Positions 47,701 through 56,315 of a DNA stretch of 64,000 bases are shown here, piece after piece; position 1 is the stretch's first letter, and every line of letters starts with the position of its first letter. The stretch spans positions 26,337-90,336 of the forward strand of contig JABARW010000063.1 of the NCBI GenBank assembly GCA_019186845.1. Reading direction: 5' to 3'. A program made the translations under genes and the position numbers. This DNA comes from Planctomycetota bacterium. Lineage in GTDB: Bacteria; Planctomycetota; UBA8742; UBA2392. The notes under the pieces were generated by a model. That model was not told the DNA's origin. It saw only the letters and a list, made by a program, of their open reading frames with translations, and did no database searches.

Positions 47701-47768
47701 ACTGGCTGGAATTGGAAAACAAGATTGCGGACCGCATCAAGCTGCTGAGGGAGAAGCTGGCCAAGTAG
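44742..47768 (+). CDS. Twin-FHA membrane protein with extracytoplasmic jelly-roll-like and helical domains (1008 aa)
   Basis: FHA1 (VLGRS..SRAHCRF..IVDLGSQNGTFLNG). FHA2 (VIGRK..SGQHAKI..IEDLKSTNGVTVNG). TM (LIFSILEVVLALAVVGMVLGGGYMLL). Then a CBM4/9-like beta region ending GSVVFDDALLQDD. Confidence 0.7.
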   Translation: MPRLVFKKGEQAPVEMAGPTVLGRSSDQAQIAIKDNRLSRAHCRFEPREDGQWAIVDLGSQNGTFLNGRRVRESVVRPGDVVTIGQCDILFEATGGPSGSDLMAGVASTRINATPAGGPAMEPAEDNPNSTRTVVAPAALALIQGTLKDKIFPLLKDEFVIGRKAPSDLILEGDTKASGQHAKITRKDATTWVIEDLKSTNGVTVNGHKVTEAVVLKNGAKIIVGLQTFQFTLQGKPPETTGVTAPMSAKEVQQKLAKAQAAEAAPPMDLGDPSIGEKSETLDRQALNVDVKGGGGGGLIFSILEVVLALAVVGMVLGGGYMLLQESPETVGGGGTTSESRDGGLLQAANSSMDKLDAAGMPEGWSFDPVGGDSVSMTEASRGGAQAVQLTRFNASNSISYLFSAPIEVKGIGLKASVFAVNSELSAGRTGTALLSLFWYKDFRDPAIARTPLAAATNLTTWTELKGASAVPQGAKYVRLALGITGKSGSVVFDDALLQDDSTAPAAAKAASVELKNRLRWTLDENGVISLLDRSVVLLRNGVVMLHQADGRADPLDPRLLLLAPPAVISGESGISVKYQYFDPIAEKPVELRIELGENASQATLNALFSPGGADKAASRLALSFVATPAFVPSELVRLEGERVADYRREMPEEGQRINLSTALAADTGTGNRLEALNSTSPLFEARAGSGGRELFFQGPATVQLGFSLGGGREELAQLAALASALQTGETQLDRLARALTIFRTYPYNQRELTIAGQACDSAATHYKLRHLELRDGINVPDLRRNEGLYIAAMDECISVAEQLRARQPEWADQFLPLLRGLETPSMSDVTQRAARQARGALEDLLRSADDFEALSRVAKRARFWLRVSIEQRDSGNLLASAQDFLESGLSTQGRIKLRTIVESYPRCLNGISAKSLMVEQAEAVYAEALQRRAEGLNQIAGALRQRCKEYLDLVEANLLTSPRVLTTEERGWLTRPDEGSASDPRNWLELENKIADRIKLLREKLAK

Positions 47769-47784
47769 CCGCGCGAGGAGAGGC

Positions 47785-49443
47785 ATGCCGTACGGTATCG
47801 ACATCGGGTCGTCGCTCACCATGCTCGTGAATCTCACGGGCAAGGGAAGTGCCATGAAGCTGCAGAAGGCCATGGTGCTCCCCGGCGTGAAGATTGACAC
47901 CGAACTCAAGCCGGAAAGTTACGCCTCCCACGCCCTGGGCACGACCTGGCGCGGCCTGAGCTCTCTGGGCGTCCGGGCGGGCAGGCCCGTCTCGCTCATT
48001 CCGGGCCGCGACATCGTGTATCGGACGCTGGCCGTCAGCGGGCCGGATTCCCGCGTGATCCAGTCCATGGTGCGCCTGGAAGCCGACGAGATTTCAGGCG
48101 GCAGCGGCGGCATTCTGGGCGACTTTATGATGGGTGCCGCGCCGGATGGCTCGCCCGTGGCGCTGATCGGGCTGGCACGAGACGCGGTGGTCGACCATTA
48201 CGCATCCTGCCTGCTCAAGATGGGCGTGGACCCCACACTGCTCGTGCCGGGCTGCGCGGCGCTGTTTTCCGCCTATCAGCTCGCCGGGGACGTAACGTTT
48301 GAGGGTGTTTACCTGCTGGCGAACATCGGCGATGAAGTCACGGACGTCATCATGGTCAAGGAGGGCAACCTGCTGTTTGCCCGCACGGTGGCCATTGGCG
48401 TGTCCGATTTCATAGACCGCCTCGCGCCCGAGTACGGCGGAGACCGTGACAGCATCCGCCAGATCCTGTTCCGGGACATCGACCTGCGGCCCAGCGTCGC
48501 CGCCGAGAACATCGCCGCAGACCGCGGCGTCGAAGCCGGCCAGGAAGTGGCATCGCGCCTGTTTCAGCAGATTGGCGGCGTGATCATGCTGGCCAAGGGC
48601 GCCCACGGCGACCCCAAGCTGGACGCTTCACGCATTGCCCTGTGCGGACCCGGCGCCGCGGTGCCGGGCCTGCGCGAGCTGATGATGCACCGCACGCGCA
48701 AGACGGTCGAAGTTTTTGACCCGCTCAACGGCGTTTCACTCGACGGCCTCGACGACGCCAGCAAGGAAACCGCCGAGATTTATCGGCCGGCCCTTGCCCT
48801 GGCCGTGGGCCTGGCCCGCATCGGCAACGAGAAGGACAGCAAGTACCTGAACTTCGTGCCGGGCTCCGTGCGTAAGCGGCGCGAATTCCTGAACAAGAGC
48901 CTGTTCCTTTATCTGGCGGCGGCCGTGGTGCTGGCCGTGATGCTGCCGGCCTATGCCCTGACCCAGAAGGCCGCGGCGGACGTGGAGAAAGGCGCGCGCG
49001 AACTGCAGGGCGAAGTGGGCCGCTATGCCAGCGCCTCGGGCCAGCTGCCGGCACGGACTGATGCCCTGGAAGAGGCCCAGCGGCGCTCAAAAGTGTCCCT
49101 GGACGCCATTGCTCCGGGTCATACTGCGACGGAGCTGCTCGTGGCCTTTGCGGAAAAACGGCCCGAGACTGTTCAGATCCGCAAGGTCATTCTCGAACCC
49201 GGCAAGAAGGCCCAGGCCGAGAAGGGCGCTGAGAAGCCTCGCGTCGTATTCGAGTTCTTCGTTGAAAGGCGCGGCACATCCGACCCCGCCCAGGTCGTCA
49301 TCGAGCTTCAGGGCCTGCTGAAGAAGCTGCCCGGCGTGGCGGATGTCCAGCAGAAGGGCGAGGCCAAGCAGAACACCCAGGTTCAGGGTCTGGACGTGGT
49401 GTTTGCCGTGGAACTGAAGATTGAAGAGGAGGTGCGCCCGTGA
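47785..49443 (+). CDS. PilM-like actin-fold ATPase fused to TM plus PilN-like domain (GspL-like architecture)
   Basis: GAGGAG RBS. YGIDIGSSLTMLV.., LLANIGDEVTDVIMV..FARTVAIGVSDF, IALCGPGAAVPGL. TM FLYLAAAVVLAVMLPAYAL. About 170-aa C-terminal domain. Confidence 0.65.
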   Translation: MPYGIDIGSSLTMLVNLTGKGSAMKLQKAMVLPGVKIDTELKPESYASHALGTTWRGLSSLGVRAGRPVSLIPGRDIVYRTLAVSGPDSRVIQSMVRLEADEISGGSGGILGDFMMGAAPDGSPVALIGLARDAVVDHYASCLLKMGVDPTLLVPGCAALFSAYQLAGDVTFEGVYLLANIGDEVTDVIMVKEGNLLFARTVAIGVSDFIDRLAPEYGGDRDSIRQILFRDIDLRPSVAAENIAADRGVEAGQEVASRLFQQIGGVIMLAKGAHGDPKLDASRIALCGPGAAVPGLRELMMHRTRKTVEVFDPLNGVSLDGLDDASKETAEIYRPALALAVGLARIGNEKDSKYLNFVPGSVRKRREFLNKSLFLYLAAAVVLAVMLPAYALTQKAAADVEKGARELQGEVGRYASASGQLPARTDALEEAQRRSKVSLDAIAPGHTATELLVAFAEKRPETVQIRKVILEPGKKAQAEKGAEKPRVVFEFFVERRGTSDPAQVVIELQGLLKKLPGVADVQQKGEAKQNTQVQGLDVVFAVELKIEEEVRP

Positions 49444-50375
49444 ACTTCCTCAAGCTCCATGCACGGTTTCTGGTTGCCCTGGTGCTGCTCATGGGCCTGG
49501 TGGGGTTTGGCTATTCCCAGGTCAATGAAATGGCCGACAACGTGGCCCGCAAGCAGACCTCCCTGACATCGAGCCTCAAGACGCACTACAAGCGCATCTT
49601 CGACGACGCCAAGTCCGCCGGCGGCAATCCCGCCAACGTGCAGGGACTGGTGCTGGGCGAGAAAACCCAGCGCGTGCAGGAACTGGAAGAGCGCCGCAAC
49701 AGCCTGCTGACCTTCCGGCCGGACCCCGCCTTCACGTTGGCGGCGGTCAAGGGCGGTCCGGAAGGCGTAAGCGACGCCGACAAGGTGAACTACTTCTATG
49801 CCGTGCGCCTCGACCTGAAGAAGGAACTGGTGCGCGCGCGCTACTTCAAGCCGGACCTGGATGCGGACAACGCCCTGGGCTTCTCTACGCCCAAAGAAGG
49901 CGTGAAGGCCGAGCAGGTTGCGGAGTTCCTGTTCAAGATGGACATGGCGCGCGAAGTCGCCCGCTGCGTCGAGCGGTCCGGCACCCAGGTGCTGGAAAGC
50001 CTCAAGTTTGAGGACGCCCGCGGTATCGAGCTGCTGGCCCAGCGAGGCCTGCCTGTCCAGAAGGTCCAGAGCGAAGCCCCCTACCTCGAGGCGCGCACCC
50101 TGAACTTCAACGTACGCGGCACCGAGCGCGCCATCTACAACCTGCTGATCGAGCTGCAGCGGCCCGTGAAAGGTGACCTGCGCGAACGCTATCTGGCCGT
50201 GGAGAATTTCACGCTTTCCAAGCCCGACCTGCTGGACCCTGCCGACGACCTGGTCTCGGCCTCCTTCATGGTCGTGGCCTATCGCGTGAACAAGGATGGC
50301 GCTGTGCCCGGCGGCAAGCGGCAGGCGGAGACAACGACGACAGCCCCCGTCAGCGGCGGCGGGCGTTACAGGTAA
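49440..50375 (+). CDS. Bitopic membrane protein, PilO/GspM-like by position and architecture
   Basis: GTG start overlaps the upstream stop (GTGA). N-terminal TM FLVALVLLMGLVGFGY, then coiled coil, then a mixed alpha/beta region. No sequence motif recognised. Confidence 0.4.
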   Translation: MNFLKLHARFLVALVLLMGLVGFGYSQVNEMADNVARKQTSLTSSLKTHYKRIFDDAKSAGGNPANVQGLVLGEKTQRVQELEERRNSLLTFRPDPAFTLAAVKGGPEGVSDADKVNYFYAVRLDLKKELVRARYFKPDLDADNALGFSTPKEGVKAEQVAEFLFKMDMAREVARCVERSGTQVLESLKFEDARGIELLAQRGLPVQKVQSEAPYLEARTLNFNVRGTERAIYNLLIELQRPVKGDLRERYLAVENFTLSKPDLLDPADDLVSASFMVVAYRVNKDGAVPGGKRQAETTTTAPVSGGGRYR

Positions 50376-50379
50376 GGCC

Positions 50380-50880
50380 ATGAACGACATCATCCAGAAA
50401 CTCGGTGAGCACAAGGAAAAGCTGCTGTTCGGCTTTGTCGTGCTGGTGGCCCTGCTCGTGGCCCTCAAGGCGCCCCTGGGCGGCGCAGGGGTGGAGAGCA
50501 TCAACAGCACCCAGCGCCAGGGCGCCATTTCCGCGGCCGGCCTCGACCAGGCCAAGGCCGACCAGATTCTCAAGCAGGTGAAGTCGCCCGAGCCGCCCAA
50601 GTCCCTGCCGCTTGATGAAAAGGCCATCGTGCGCCGCTTCTACGATGACCGCGCCGCCTTCAAGCCCGCCAAGGGCTCGGCCTTCGTGCGCGGCACGGAA
50701 TCGCTGGAGCGCCTGCCGGCGCTTTCCGTCAGCTTTCCCGGCTTTCCGCGCCTGCCGGATTATGACCTGATTGCGGGGCCCACCCCCGAAGCCGCCCGCC
50801 AGCGCGCGTACGTGCCGCGCGACACGCGCCCCGTGGCCCTCACGCGCAAGGAGACCAGCGAGTTCGGGGGTGACAAGTGA
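50380..50880 (+). CDS. Small bitopic membrane protein (166 aa)
   Basis: ATG 50380, 4 nt after the upstream stop. TM LLFGFVVLVALLVAL. No motif. Confidence 0.4.
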   Translation: MNDIIQKLGEHKEKLLFGFVVLVALLVALKAPLGGAGVESINSTQRQGAISAAGLDQAKADQILKQVKSPEPPKSLPLDEKAIVRRFYDDRAAFKPAKGSAFVRGTESLERLPALSVSFPGFPRLPDYDLIAGPTPEAARQRAYVPRDTRPVALTRKETSEFGGDK

Positions 50881-53822
50881 CCCGCTTGCTGCCCTGGCTT
50901 GTGCTGCTGCCGCTCCTGGCGCCCGCCCTGTTCGGTCAGGCCCCGCTGCCGGACGCCACGCTGGAAAAACCCCGCACCAACCTGGTGATCCGCGTGCAGG
51001 GGGCGACGCGCGACTGGGAGGTCATGCCCCTGGCCATCAAGAAGGGCGGCACCACGATTGCCAGCACGGCCAATGATTTCCGGCTCGAACGAGACAAGTG
51101 GGAGCGCACAGGCGCGCCCAAGCGCTACCGTCTCGACAAGTGGCGCAAGGTGTTCAATGACTTCACGGATACGGCACCCCAGGCCCAGGGTGCCTTCTTC
51201 GAGTTTCAGGCCCGCGCGCCGCGCACGCCCACCCTGGCCGGCGTGGTCGAGGAGCGCACGTCCGGCCGCAGCACCTATTTCCGCGTGCCGTGTGACAAAG
51301 TGAAGGTCCTTGGCTATCCCCAGACCTGGGTCAACATCTACGAAGACTACGTCGGGCAATTCGAAGGCGATCAGCGTCGCCTGGCCGTCAAGGCCTGGGA
51401 GGAGGCCAATCGCTCCCTGATTGAAAACGCCGACCAGGTGGCCTCCGGCTTCTCCGCCGAAGAGCGCAATGATTTCGCCGAGTTCTACCAGAAGCAGTTC
51501 GTCTACGTCCGCGACCGCAACCCGCAGCTGGCCTCGATTTACCAGGAGCTGGCCGAGTACCACCGCCAGCGCGGCAACCTCGACGCCGAACTCTCCACCT
51601 ACCTCGACGGCATCGAGAACAAGGTGCCCTCGCCTCAGATGGAGGAATTCAACCTCAACGTGGGGCGCATCTTCGTGACGCGCCTGCTGCTGCACCGTCA
51701 GGCCCTGCCCTATCTCCAGGCCGCGCGGGCATTCTCCGAGGCCCGCGTGCTGGCCGCGCGCTGCCACATCGAGCTCGGAGAACTGGACCAGGCCCGCGAG
51801 ATGCTCAAGAGCCTGTTGGCCGCTATTGCGTCCAGCGCCGCGGACCTCGTGCTGGAGCTGACGCCTGAGAACGAGACCGGCCGCGCCAACCTGCTGCTGG
51901 CGCGCGTCGAGTTCAGTGAGGCCAATTACGCCGGGGCCGAGGCCACCATCAAGCTGATTCCTCAGGCCTCCACGAGCTGGCAGGAGGGGCAGCTGCTGTT
52001 TGCCGCCATGCTTACACAGCGGGGCCTGCGCGACGACTTCCAGAAAGTCAAAGAGACGCTGGACCCCCTGCCGAAGATGGCCGAGGCCAAGCGTCTGACC
52101 AGCACCAAATCTACGGACCCCAACCTGATCTATCCCTACGACCCCGCCATGTGCGAGGCGCTGGTGCTGTATGCCCAGACGGACGCCCAGTTCCGCCAGC
52201 CCATCGAGACCGGAGACAAGCCCCCGGTCAAGCCCAGCGACGCCGTGCTGCGCATGCTGGAAGTGGCCAAGGCCACGGACCCCCTCTCCGCCGAGCCCTA
52301 TCTGGCCGAGGGCCGTCTCAAGCAGCGGCTGGGGGATTTCCCCGGGGCGCTGGAGGCCTACATGGCGGGACTGGTGATTGACCCGGGCAACGTGCGCCTG
52401 AACTACGCCGTCGCCGCGCTTCGCTACAAGGCGGGCGTGGTGAGCGAGGCCAAAGACCTGGCGTCACGCTGCCTGCGGCAGAACCCCAAGTTCCACCCGG
52501 CCCTGGTTCTGCTGGGCGAAATTGCCCTGTCCGACCTTGATCGCCTGCGCGACGACCTGATGCAGCGTCGCGCCGCGGGCGAAAAGGTGGCCTTCGAAAG
52601 CGAGCTGCTTGGCCCTTTGAAGGAAGCAACAGCCTTCTTCCAGGGCGCGCTGGAAGTCCAGCCCGCGCAGCCGGAAGTCAAGTTGACGCTGGCCTCGCTC
52701 TACCTGCAACTGGCAGACATCACCCCGGCCACCATGAACGTGAAAGCCGACGCCGATGACGTGCGGCGCGCCTACCTGGTCAAGGCCCGGGACCTGGCGG
52801 GAGAGCTCATGGCCGCCGTGCGCAAACTGGGCGAACGATCCAGCGTGGACGAACAGGCCACGGCCTCCGAAATCGCGGCCACACCCACGCCCGCCTGCTT
52901 CAACGTTTACGCGGCAGCCTGCTACGCCATGGGCGAGTACGCCCAGGCGCGAAGCGCACTGGAAGAGCACCTAGCCATTCTGCGCGGCCCCAACGCCCGC
53001 AAGCACTTCGCCAGCAATCGCGTGCTCAGTGATTACCGCAACTCCGAGCATGTGAAGTACGCCGAGCGCTGGCTGGCGGCCATTCGTGCCAACGAGCGCC
53101 AGTACGTCGAGCGCGAAGAGTTCTCCGGCGAGTTCAAACCTGATTTCTACGGGCAATGGAACATCGTCAACGCGCCCAAGCCGGACCTTTCTTTTATGAA
53201 ATCGACCGGCGCCGGCATCAAGGACGGCAAGCTCACCATCGGGCTGGCGGGCCAGAAAGAGGCCTTCGTCGTCAGCCGGCTGTCCGTGCCCAAGAACTAT
53301 GCCACGCTGACCCGCTTTTCCGCCCGCTTTGACAAGCGCGGCGAGCAGTTGTTCCACCGCGGCGTATCGCTGACCAAGCTTTCATCCAATACGGGCAAGC
53401 CCGGTCTGGCGCCCGTCAATTGTGTGATGCTGGGCATCGACCCCCAGGGGCAGGTGTTCTGGCAGGTGCGTCGCTTCAAGCTCGACGACCAGGCCCGCCA
53501 GGAAGAGGTCGTGGCCGGAGACCTGATTGATGTGCGCCGCTACAACGGCCCCCTCGACAAGGACGCTCCCCTCACGCTGGCCCTGGTGCGGCGCCTCTCC
53601 ACAGACCGCAGCAACATTGTGTTCGTGGCGGTCATCAACGGTTACGAAGTGGAGTTGACCCTGCCCGAGGGCCTCGACGACGTGCGCCGCAACGACCTCG
53701 AAGACAAGTCGCTCCAGATCGATTGCGGCTTCTTTGTCTGGGCTCTCTCCGATGTCGCGGGCGAGTTCAGCGTGGACAGCGCCCAGTTCGTCTTCGACAG
53801 CGGCCTGGGCAAGCCGGAGTAA
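50877..53822 (+). CDS. Secreted TPR-repeat protein with C-terminal beta-sandwich-like domain (981 aa)
   Basis: GTG start overlaps the upstream stop. Signal peptide LLPWLVLLPLLAPALFGQA. Multiple TPR-like helical pairs (e.g. AEGRLKQRLGDFPGALEAYMAGLVIDPGN). About 230-aa C-terminal beta-rich region. Confidence 0.6.
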   Translation: MTRLLPWLVLLPLLAPALFGQAPLPDATLEKPRTNLVIRVQGATRDWEVMPLAIKKGGTTIASTANDFRLERDKWERTGAPKRYRLDKWRKVFNDFTDTAPQAQGAFFEFQARAPRTPTLAGVVEERTSGRSTYFRVPCDKVKVLGYPQTWVNIYEDYVGQFEGDQRRLAVKAWEEANRSLIENADQVASGFSAEERNDFAEFYQKQFVYVRDRNPQLASIYQELAEYHRQRGNLDAELSTYLDGIENKVPSPQMEEFNLNVGRIFVTRLLLHRQALPYLQAARAFSEARVLAARCHIELGELDQAREMLKSLLAAIASSAADLVLELTPENETGRANLLLARVEFSEANYAGAEATIKLIPQASTSWQEGQLLFAAMLTQRGLRDDFQKVKETLDPLPKMAEAKRLTSTKSTDPNLIYPYDPAMCEALVLYAQTDAQFRQPIETGDKPPVKPSDAVLRMLEVAKATDPLSAEPYLAEGRLKQRLGDFPGALEAYMAGLVIDPGNVRLNYAVAALRYKAGVVSEAKDLASRCLRQNPKFHPALVLLGEIALSDLDRLRDDLMQRRAAGEKVAFESELLGPLKEATAFFQGALEVQPAQPEVKLTLASLYLQLADITPATMNVKADADDVRRAYLVKARDLAGELMAAVRKLGERSSVDEQATASEIAATPTPACFNVYAAACYAMGEYAQARSALEEHLAILRGPNARKHFASNRVLSDYRNSEHVKYAERWLAAIRANERQYVEREEFSGEFKPDFYGQWNIVNAPKPDLSFMKSTGAGIKDGKLTIGLAGQKEAFVVSRLSVPKNYATLTRFSARFDKRGEQLFHRGVSLTKLSSNTGKPGLAPVNCVMLGIDPQGQVFWQVRRFKLDDQARQEEVVAGDLIDVRRYNGPLDKDAPLTLALVRRLSTDRSNIVFVAVINGYEVELTLPEGLDDVRRNDLEDKSLQIDCGFFVWALSDVAGEFSVDSAQFVFDSGLGKPE

Positions 53823-53825
53823 GCC

Positions 53826-54506
53826 ATGGTCGCCAGGCGCGGCTTCACCCTGATTGAACTCATGATCGTGATCGCGATTATCGTCGTGATTGCGGGCGTG
53901 CTCGTGGCCAGCTTCGGCGGCGTATTCAGCAAGCGTGATGACGCCGTGGCCAAGACCACGATCGAGACTCTGAGCTCCAACATCCAGAGCTTCCAGGGTC
54001 GCTGGCACAGCTACCCGCCGGGCAGCGTGGAGGCGCTTTCGGTCATGGCGCGCTCGGCCATTCCGGTGGCCGATCCCAATGAAGTCAACTGCGGCATCGA
54101 GGCGCTGGTGCTGGCCTTGCGGTCAAGGAAGAACGGCGGGGCCTACCTCTCCGCCGATCTTTTCGCCAACGACGAATACCGCAAGAATACCGATGCCGAC
54201 ACGCTCATGGACGACCCCTTCGACATCGACGGTTCACGGGACCTGTTCGAGATCGTCGATCCCTGGGGCACGCCCTATGTCTATGTGAACATGAACGAGC
54301 TGCGCAACGGCAAGGTCAAGCAGAGCATTCAGCTTGAGGACGGCACGGTGGTTGAACTCAACCTCACCGAGATGCAGGAGAAGCTCAAGCACCCCACCAC
54401 CGGCCAGTACCCGACAGGCTACGCCATCTGGAGCTTCGGCGCGGACAAGAAGAACGATTACGGACGCGGTGACGACGTCACCAGCTGGCCCAAGTACAGC
54501 GACTAG
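53826..54506 (+). CDS. Type II secretion / type IV filament major pseudopilin (GspG-like)
   Basis: Prepilin cleavage/methylation motif RRG|FTLIELMIVIAIIVVIAGVL (Glu at +5). C-terminal SFGADKKNDYGRGDDVTSW resembles the GspG signature. Confidence 0.75.
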   Translation: MVARRGFTLIELMIVIAIIVVIAGVLVASFGGVFSKRDDAVAKTTIETLSSNIQSFQGRWHSYPPGSVEALSVMARSAIPVADPNEVNCGIEALVLALRSRKNGGAYLSADLFANDEYRKNTDADTLMDDPFDIDGSRDLFEIVDPWGTPYVYVNMNELRNGKVKQSIQLEDGTVVELNLTEMQEKLKHPTTGQYPTGYAIWSFGADKKNDYGRGDDVTSWPKYSD

Positions 54507-54513
54507 CCCGGTC

Positions 54514-55110
54514 TCACGCAGACGCGGGGTCTTTCCATTCGCCGCGCAGGGCGGCATAGCAAACGGTGTCCCGGCGGCTGCCGTCGGGGTCCACGCTGTG
54601 CGAGCGCAGCACGCCCTCCTTGAGCATCCCGGCCTTCTCCGCCACGCGCTGACTGGCACCATTGGCGCCGCTGCAGCGCCAGGCCAGCCTCAGCCAGGGC
54701 CACTCGCCAAAGCCCCAGGCCAGCAGCGCGCGCAGCACGGCGCTGCCCAGGCCGCGGTAGGCCGCGTCGCCGCGAATCCACATGCCGATCTCGGCGTTGC
54801 GCAACTCCAGGCCGCCTTCGCGCAGGTGAAAGCCGGTGCCGCCCAGCAGGCGAGACTCATCCGGCGCCCAGATGCCCAGCACGAACTCCGTGGAGCTGAG
54901 GTATCTGCCTGCGAAGTCGCGGCAGCGCCCCTCGCTTTCCTCGACGCTCTGGTGGGGCTTGGCCCAGGGCATGAAGGTTTTGAGATGCGCATAGGAGGCG
55001 TTCACAGCCTCGGCCAGTCTTTCGCCGTCTCCGGGCCTGTAGGCGCGCACGACAAAGTCAGCGCGGGCCAGGCGCTGCGGTGCCGCGAGATAGTTCAGCG
55101 ACTCGCCCAT
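54514..55110 (-). CDS. GNAT-family N-acetyltransferase (RimJ/RimL-like)
   Basis: 198 aa. AEIGMWIRGDAAYRGLGSAVLRALLAWGF acetyl-CoA-binding motif A pattern. N..S.RV.EK.G. Confidence 0.75.
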   Translation of the reverse strand: MGESLNYLAAPQRLARADFVVRAYRPGDGERLAEAVNASYAHLKTFMPWAKPHQSVEESEGRCRDFAGRYLSSTEFVLGIWAPDESRLLGGTGFHLREGGLELRNAEIGMWIRGDAAYRGLGSAVLRALLAWGFGEWPWLRLAWRCSGANGASQRVAEKAGMLKEGVLRSHSVDPDGSRRDTVCYAALRGEWKDPASA

Positions 55111-55112
55111 GG

Positions 55113-56270
55113 TTACCAGGTGTCCGGGTCAAACAGCTTCTTGTACTGTTCCAGCGCGTAACGGTCCGTCATGCCGGCGATGTAGTCGCAGACCACGCGG
55201 TGGCGGTTCTCGCCCTGCTCGATGCGCCGGTGGAAGCCGCCCGGCAGCAGAAAGGGCTCCTCCACATAGCGCTCGAACATCTCCTTCATGAACCGCGTGC
55301 CCTTCTCCATGCTGCGCATGACGCGGCGGTGCTTGTAGAAGCGACCATGCAGCATGCGCTTGAGTTCGATGACCTGCTTCTTCATGGGCGCACTGAACTC
55401 AATCACGGGCGGCCCATTGTAGCCCAGCACGTCGTCGATGCATGAAAATCCGGCCTGGGCAATGCGGCTTGCCGAGTAAGCCAGCAGGTCGCTGATCTGA
55501 TAGTCCTTGAGGCGGCGGACAATCTGGTAGCGCAGCAGATCTTCTTCGTCCTGCCCCACGGCCTGGGCTGCTTCGCGCTCGGCGCGGGCGAACAGCTCGC
55601 TCTCCCGCGCCGCCTCGCGCGTCAACAGGCCGGAGTAGAGGCCGTCGTCGACGTCATGGGCGTTGTAACTGATTTCGTCGGCGAAGTTGGCGACCTGCGC
55701 CTCCAGAGATGGAGATTCGCGCTCGACCAGTCCCTTGAACAGGGGCTTGTCATAGTCCGTCCGGTGCTTCATCAGGCCGTAGCGCACTTCATGGGTCAGG
55801 TTCAGACCCTTGAAGGCCGGCAGGTAGCTTCGCTCGAGTTCGTCCACGATGCGCAGGCTCTGGCCGTTGTGCTCATAGCCGCCGTGTTCGCGCATGAGTT
55901 CGCGCATGGCGTGTTCGCCGGCATGCCCAAAGCAGGTGTGCCCCAGATCGTGGGCCAGGCTCACGGCCTCACAGACATCCTCGTTGAGGCGCAGGGCCCG
56001 GGCAATGGTGCGGGCGGCCTGAGCGACTTCCAGCGTGTGGGTCAGGCGCGTGCGGAAGTGGTCGCCTTCCCAGTTCAGGAAGACCTGCGTCTTGTACTCG
56101 AGGCGGCGAAAGGCCGCACAGTGGATCACGCGATCCCGGTCGCGTTGAAAGCAGGTGCGATAGGCATGCTCGGCCTCGTTGACGCGACGCCCGCGCGATT
56201 TCGACGCGCGCAGCGCCCAGGGCGCCAGGGCCTGGTCTTCGGCAGCCTCAATCTGCTTGCGGTCATGCAT
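55113..56270 (-). CDS. dgt: dGTPase-like HD-domain deoxynucleoside triphosphate triphosphohydrolase
   Basis: FQRDRDRVIHCAAFRRL..KTQV, RLTHTLEVAQ, SLAHDLGHTCFGHAGE, C-terminal CDYIAGMTD.YA. Confidence 0.85.
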   Translation of the reverse strand: MHDRKQIEAAEDQALAPWALRASKSRGRRVNEAEHAYRTCFQRDRDRVIHCAAFRRLEYKTQVFLNWEGDHFRTRLTHTLEVAQAARTIARALRLNEDVCEAVSLAHDLGHTCFGHAGEHAMRELMREHGGYEHNGQSLRIVDELERSYLPAFKGLNLTHEVRYGLMKHRTDYDKPLFKGLVERESPSLEAQVANFADEISYNAHDVDDGLYSGLLTREAARESELFARAEREAAQAVGQDEEDLLRYQIVRRLKDYQISDLLAYSASRIAQAGFSCIDDVLGYNGPPVIEFSAPMKKQVIELKRMLHGRFYKHRRVMRSMEKGTRFMKEMFERYVEEPFLLPGGFHRRIEQGENRHRVVCDYIAGMTDRYALEQYKKLFDPDTW

Positions 56271-56315
56271 GACCTTCCCGTATTACAAGGCACGGCGACG
56301 GCAACAAGGGCCCTC

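Noticed and set aside
55656-56315. 220-codon N-terminal extension of the epimerase ORF
   Set aside because: It is antisense to the dGTPase-like gene. A Rossmann GGTAFIG motif directly follows the internal ATG at 56316, so the extension is not coding.
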